Shown one piece after another: positions 36,647 through 40,000 of a stretch of DNA of 40,000 nt. Both the position numbers and the translations under genes were made by a program. Source of the stretch: an uncultured Desulfobacterales bacterium (GTDB lineage: Bacteria; Desulfobacterota; Desulfobacteria; Desulfobacterales; 4572-123); assembly GCA_942490765.1 (NCBI GenBank), contig CALNYM010000011.1, positions 36,829-76,828 of the forward strand. The letters run 5' to 3'. Numbering within the stretch: position 1 is the stretch's first letter; each line of letters begins with the position of its first letter. The notes below the pieces were generated by a model. That model was given only the letters and a program-made list of their open reading frames with translations. It had not been told where the DNA came from and made no database searches.

Positions 36647-36739
36647 CTTGAAAAGGGGAAAATGTTCTTCACGAGGACTTATCTGTTTTCACTATTCAAT
36701 TTAATTCCGGCTTGTCCGGGTTAGGAATATAAGGCAAAT

Positions 36740-37495
36740 ATGATTAAAGCGATTTTGTTCGACCTGGATAATACGCTTATATTATTCAATGAAAATGAAT
36801 TTTATGATCGATATTTTAAATGTATAACGGATATTTTCAGCGATGTTATGCCCGCGGAACAGTTTCAGAAAACATTGAAGGCTGCCACCATAAGCCTGCT
36901 GCAGAATCAGGGAGATATTTCTAATGCGCAGTATTTTATGAATGTATTTGCAGCCGACATCCCACACCACCGGGAGGCCTTGTGGCAGCGGTTTTTGCAT
37001 TTTTATAAAACTGAATTCAACCGTCTGGAGCGGATTGTTTCTCAGCCCGAATCCCTGCATGAGGTGTTCGACTATCTGGTTAAAACGAACATTAAACTGG
37101 TGCTGGCGTCAAACCCGATTTTTCCCTTGGACGTTCAGCGTCAGCGTCTTGGCTGGGCCGGACTGGCACATGTACCGTTTGATTTTATCACCCATATCGA
37201 GAATATGTCATTTTGCAAGCCGCGGTTCGAGTATTATCAACAGATTTGTCGACAAATCGATGAGCCGCCTGAAGCCTGCATGATGGTCGGCAATGATCCG
37301 GTCAACGACATGGTCGCGGCCAGGGCCGGCTTGATCACCTATCTTACAACTGATGTCAAGGATGACGACAGTGCTTCTTTGACCGTCAGCCAGGACCTGC
37401 GGGCAGATTGGACTGAAGATTCGATTGTGCCGGACTATACGGGGCCGCTGGCCGGATTGAAAAATGTCGTGGATCGGCTGGGGAACAAGCCATAA
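36740..37495 (+). CDS. HAD-superfamily hydrolase (subfamily IA-like)
   Basis: 251 aa with motif I FDLDNTL at the N-terminus and GNDPVNDM near the C-terminal motif IV. Confidence 0.8.
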   Translation: MIKAILFDLDNTLILFNENEFYDRYFKCITDIFSDVMPAEQFQKTLKAATISLLQNQGDISNAQYFMNVFAADIPHHREALWQRFLHFYKTEFNRLERIVSQPESLHEVFDYLVKTNIKLVLASNPIFPLDVQRQRLGWAGLAHVPFDFITHIENMSFCKPRFEYYQQICRQIDEPPEACMMVGNDPVNDMVAARAGLITYLTTDVKDDDSASLTVSQDLRADWTEDSIVPDYTGPLAGLKNVVDRLGNKP

Positions 37496-37522
37496 ACATA
37501 TGATAAGGTAAAGGAGCCGGGA

Positions 37523-39193
37523 ATGCTTTCTGTAGTTATTCAAACCATGGGTGGCCTGGGGCTTTTTATTCTGGGAATGAAGTTGATGACCGACGGCCTG
37601 CAGATGTCCGCCGGAAAACGGATTAAAAAAATTCTGGGGGCTGTTTCCGGCAACCGGGTGATCGGGTGCCTGACCGGTGCCGGCGTAACCGCCATGGTGC
37701 AATCGTCATCGGCCACAACAGTGATGCTCATCGGGTTTGTCAGTGCCGGGTTGATGACCCTGCCCCAGGCTGTTGGGATGATTCTGGGGGCCAATGTGGG
37801 AACCACCATGACGGCCCAGTTGATCGCCTTCAAGCTCACCAGCGCGGCCCTGCCGGCCATAGCCATTGGCGTGGGATTGAAATTTTTCAGTCGGAAAAAG
37901 AAATACCGTTATTTAGGGGATGTTATTTTGGGGTTCGGCCTGCTTTTTTTCGGTATGACGGTGATGAAGCAGGGGCTGTCACCCATCCGCAGTGATCCCG
38001 GGTTTATTGATTTTTTTACCCGGTTTGATGCGGCCAGTATCAGTGGCCGATTGCTTTGTGTGCTCGTGGGTGCCGTGTTGACGATTCTGGTGCAGTCTTC
38101 ATCGGCCACCATCGGTTTGACCATGACCCTGGCCAGTCAGGGGTTGCTGACCTTTCCGGCCGCCATGGCCCTGGTGCTGGGGGAAAACATCGGCACCACC
38201 ATTACGGCCGAATTGGCCACCATCGGCTCCACCAATATAAATGCGCATCGGACGGCAAGGGCTCATACCATGTTCAATGTCATTGGCGTGAGCCTTATGA
38301 TTTTATGTTTCCCCTGGTTTATCAAGTTGATTGAATTTTTTACGCTCTGGATGGGAAGCGGCCCGGCAGACCAGGCGGTTAATGGTGAAATGATGAATAT
38401 ATCTCGCTATATTGCCAATGGCCACACCGTTTTTAACGTGCTCAATGCCATGTTTTTTTTGACTATCTTGCCCTGGCTGATCAAAGTGGCTATTTTTCTC
38501 TCCCCCAGGCGGGATGAAGAGAGCGAAGATATGTTTCGGTTGCCCAATTTTGGTGACCGGTTTATCGATACCCCCATTGCGGCTTTGGCAAAGGCCCGCA
38601 GCGAGATTATCCGGATGGCCCAGGCCGGTATCCTGACCTTTGACGAAACACTTGTCCGTATTGAAGACCGGGATTTAAAAAAACTTGGCAGATGGAAACG
38701 GATCGAAAATTTTATCGATGACATGCAGCGGGAACTTACCGTGTATCTGACCAAGCTGTATCAAGGCGATGTGAGTGAAACCGAGGCCCGGGAAATTTCC
38801 AGTATGATGCGGATGACCAACAATATCGAACGCATCGGCGATTCTGTGGAAAATATCGCCCAGGCAACCGAAGGCATAATTGAAGAGCGGATCCAATTTT
38901 CCGCCATCGCCATCAGCGATATCCGAAAAATTTCAGGCTGTGTCGATGAATTCCTCAATCATGTTACCCGGGGCATTAAAACCTATGAAAAAGATTTTAT
39001 GGAAAGGTCCGAATACCTCGAAAATGCAATTGATGCCATGCGTGAAAGTATGCGTCAGGGACATATGGATCGCCTTCGCAGTGGTGAATGCACCATAGAT
39101 CAGGGAATGGTCTATATAAACCTTCTGACCCATTTTGAAAAAATAGGGGATTACTGCTATAATATTGCCGAAGCCGTGGTGGGGCTGAAATAA
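37523..39193 (+). CDS. Na+/phosphate cotransporter family protein with a C-terminal PhoU-like domain
   Basis: 556 aa. It has two NptA-type membrane repeats (GAGVTAMVQSSSATTVM / LVQSSSATIGLTM) followed by a soluble helical PhoU-like region. Confidence 0.8.
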   Translation: MLSVVIQTMGGLGLFILGMKLMTDGLQMSAGKRIKKILGAVSGNRVIGCLTGAGVTAMVQSSSATTVMLIGFVSAGLMTLPQAVGMILGANVGTTMTAQLIAFKLTSAALPAIAIGVGLKFFSRKKKYRYLGDVILGFGLLFFGMTVMKQGLSPIRSDPGFIDFFTRFDAASISGRLLCVLVGAVLTILVQSSSATIGLTMTLASQGLLTFPAAMALVLGENIGTTITAELATIGSTNINAHRTARAHTMFNVIGVSLMILCFPWFIKLIEFFTLWMGSGPADQAVNGEMMNISRYIANGHTVFNVLNAMFFLTILPWLIKVAIFLSPRRDEESEDMFRLPNFGDRFIDTPIAALAKARSEIIRMAQAGILTFDETLVRIEDRDLKKLGRWKRIENFIDDMQRELTVYLTKLYQGDVSETEAREISSMMRMTNNIERIGDSVENIAQATEGIIEERIQFSAIAISDIRKISGCVDEFLNHVTRGIKTYEKDFMERSEYLENAIDAMRESMRQGHMDRLRSGECTIDQGMVYINLLTHFEKIGDYCYNIAEAVVGLK

Positions 39194-39217
39194 AGGATGC
39201 CGATGGTTGGATTGATA

Positions 39218-40000
39218 TCAATTAACCGTAGTGGCGACGATTATTGCGCCTGATACCGCCAGGAGAGTGGCCGTCAGTCGGGGAAGCGTTATGGGTTCTT
39301 TTAGAAATATGGCGGCCAGAATGAAGATGAAGATGGCAGATAGCTGGTTCAAAACCGCTGCTACGGAGACCAGTATGTATTTGATGCCCGCCAGCCATGC
39401 CATCATGGCCATATAGTTGCCGATGATGGAGGCGGGCAGGGCTGTTTTCCAGCTTTTTGACGGATAAAGCTCGGCCATAAGGCTTTTTTTGTCGGAATGC
39501 AGGAGGGCCAGCAGATAAAGCCCGATGGTGCCGGCCAGCAGTCTCACAAAAGAAGCCCACAGGAAGTGGACCTCTTTTAATCGGTATTTGATCATGACAA
39601 TGCTGCCGGCCAGAAACGAGACGGCCAGGAGACCCAGAACAAGTCCCTGGATAAGATTTTTCCGGGTAATGGGGACCACCGGTCTGGCCGCCGAACTGAT
39701 GGTGATGGCGCCGATGACCAGGCATGCACCGCAAAGACCTTTTATGCCCAGAATTTCATCGAGAAAAATAAAAGAAAAAAACAAAATCAGCGGAAGGTAA
39801 AGGCAGTCGATCACGGCTGTCATTCCGGCCCCGAGACGGCCCAGGGCCATAAAGAAAAACGTATCGGCAAGGGTGATTCCAAAAATACCGGACAGACTGA
39901 AAATAATCCAGTCGGACAAGGGCCGGTCCGGGAACAGTTCGATGTTGAACAGCAGAAGTGTCAGTACGAAAAGTGGCAGCGTTACCGTGCATTTAAAAAT
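39218..40000 (-). CDS. EamA/DMT-family transporter, 5' end outside the window
   Basis: The track lists 39218..39919 from an internal TTG. By hand translation the frame stays open with no stop to position 40000 (IFKCTVTLPLFVLTLLLFNIELFPDRPLSDWIIF...). The hydrophobic multi-helix pattern is typical of EamA. Confidence 0.75.
   Translation of the reverse strand: MFKCTVTLPLFVLTLLLFNIELFPDRPLSDWIIFSLSGIFGITLADTFFFMALGRLGAGMTAVIDCLYLPLILFFSFIFLDEILGIKGLCGACLVIGAITISSAARPVVPITRKNLIQGLVLGLLAVSFLAGSIVMIKYRLKEVHFLWASFVRLLAGTIGLYLLALLHSDKKSLMAELYPSKSWKTALPASIIGNYMAMMAWLAGIKYILVSVAAVLNQLSAIFIFILAAIFLKEPITLPRLTATLLAVSGAIIVATTVN

Noticed and set aside
1-40000. CRISPR arrays, rRNA/tRNA genes, transposases, integrases, toxin-antitoxin or defence systems, and TGA (selenocysteine) recoding
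   Set aside because: I found no regularly spaced repeats, no rRNA- or tRNA-like segments and no transposase- or defence-like ORFs in the translations. No adjacent same-frame ORF pairs are separated by TGA. The absence is judged by eye only.

Overview
This is a densely coding catabolic region (about 31 complete CDS plus 2 edge-truncated ones). It looks bacterial, with AGGAGG-type ribosome-binding sites and Tat, ABC and ETF gene content. The host is probably an anaerobe, but the lineage cannot be fixed from sequence alone. The main result is a corrinoid-dependent methylamine methyltransferase island. Three genes in it each carry one in-frame TAG at the position where this enzyme class has pyrrolysine (Pyl). 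They are a dimethylamine methyltransferase mtbB (26124..27515, TAG 27168..27170) and two divergent trimethylamine methyltransferases mttB (20209..21681, TAG 20698..20700; 34598..36091, TAG 35105..35107). Two B12-binding corrinoid proteins (DxHxxG motif) sit next to mtbB and to the second mttB. A fourth MttB-family gene is cut by the window start (1..521) and follows an aldehyde:ferredoxin oxidoreductase and a poly-ferredoxin. The first mttB lies in an operon with a class-III aminotransferase and a CoA-acylating (methyl)malonate-semialdehyde dehydrogenase, divergent from an AsnC/Lrp regulator. A Liv-type ABC importer lies between the mtbBC and mttBC modules. No pylT or pylSBCD, corrinoid activase or second-step methyltransferase is visible in the window. 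Other content: a Dpp/Opp-type ABC importer with a Tat-signal binding protein and an embedded acetyl-CoA hydrolase/transferase-GNAT fusion; a translationally coupled operon of SDR, AGPS-like FAD oxidase, EtfB, EtfA, GlcD-like FAD oxidase and FGGY kinase; a beta-hydroxyacid dehydrogenase; a universal stress protein; a HAD hydrolase; a Na/Pi-cotransporter/PhoU protein; and a partial EamA transporter. I found no rRNA, tRNA, CRISPR array, transposase or recognisable defence system. Non-coding items: a roughly 150-bp palindromic MITE-like element, a 37-nt element shared by two intergenic regions, several hairpins and terminators, and a short Fe-alcohol-dehydrogenase gene remnant. All calls rest on reading the ORF translations and sequence by eye. 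No database search was run.
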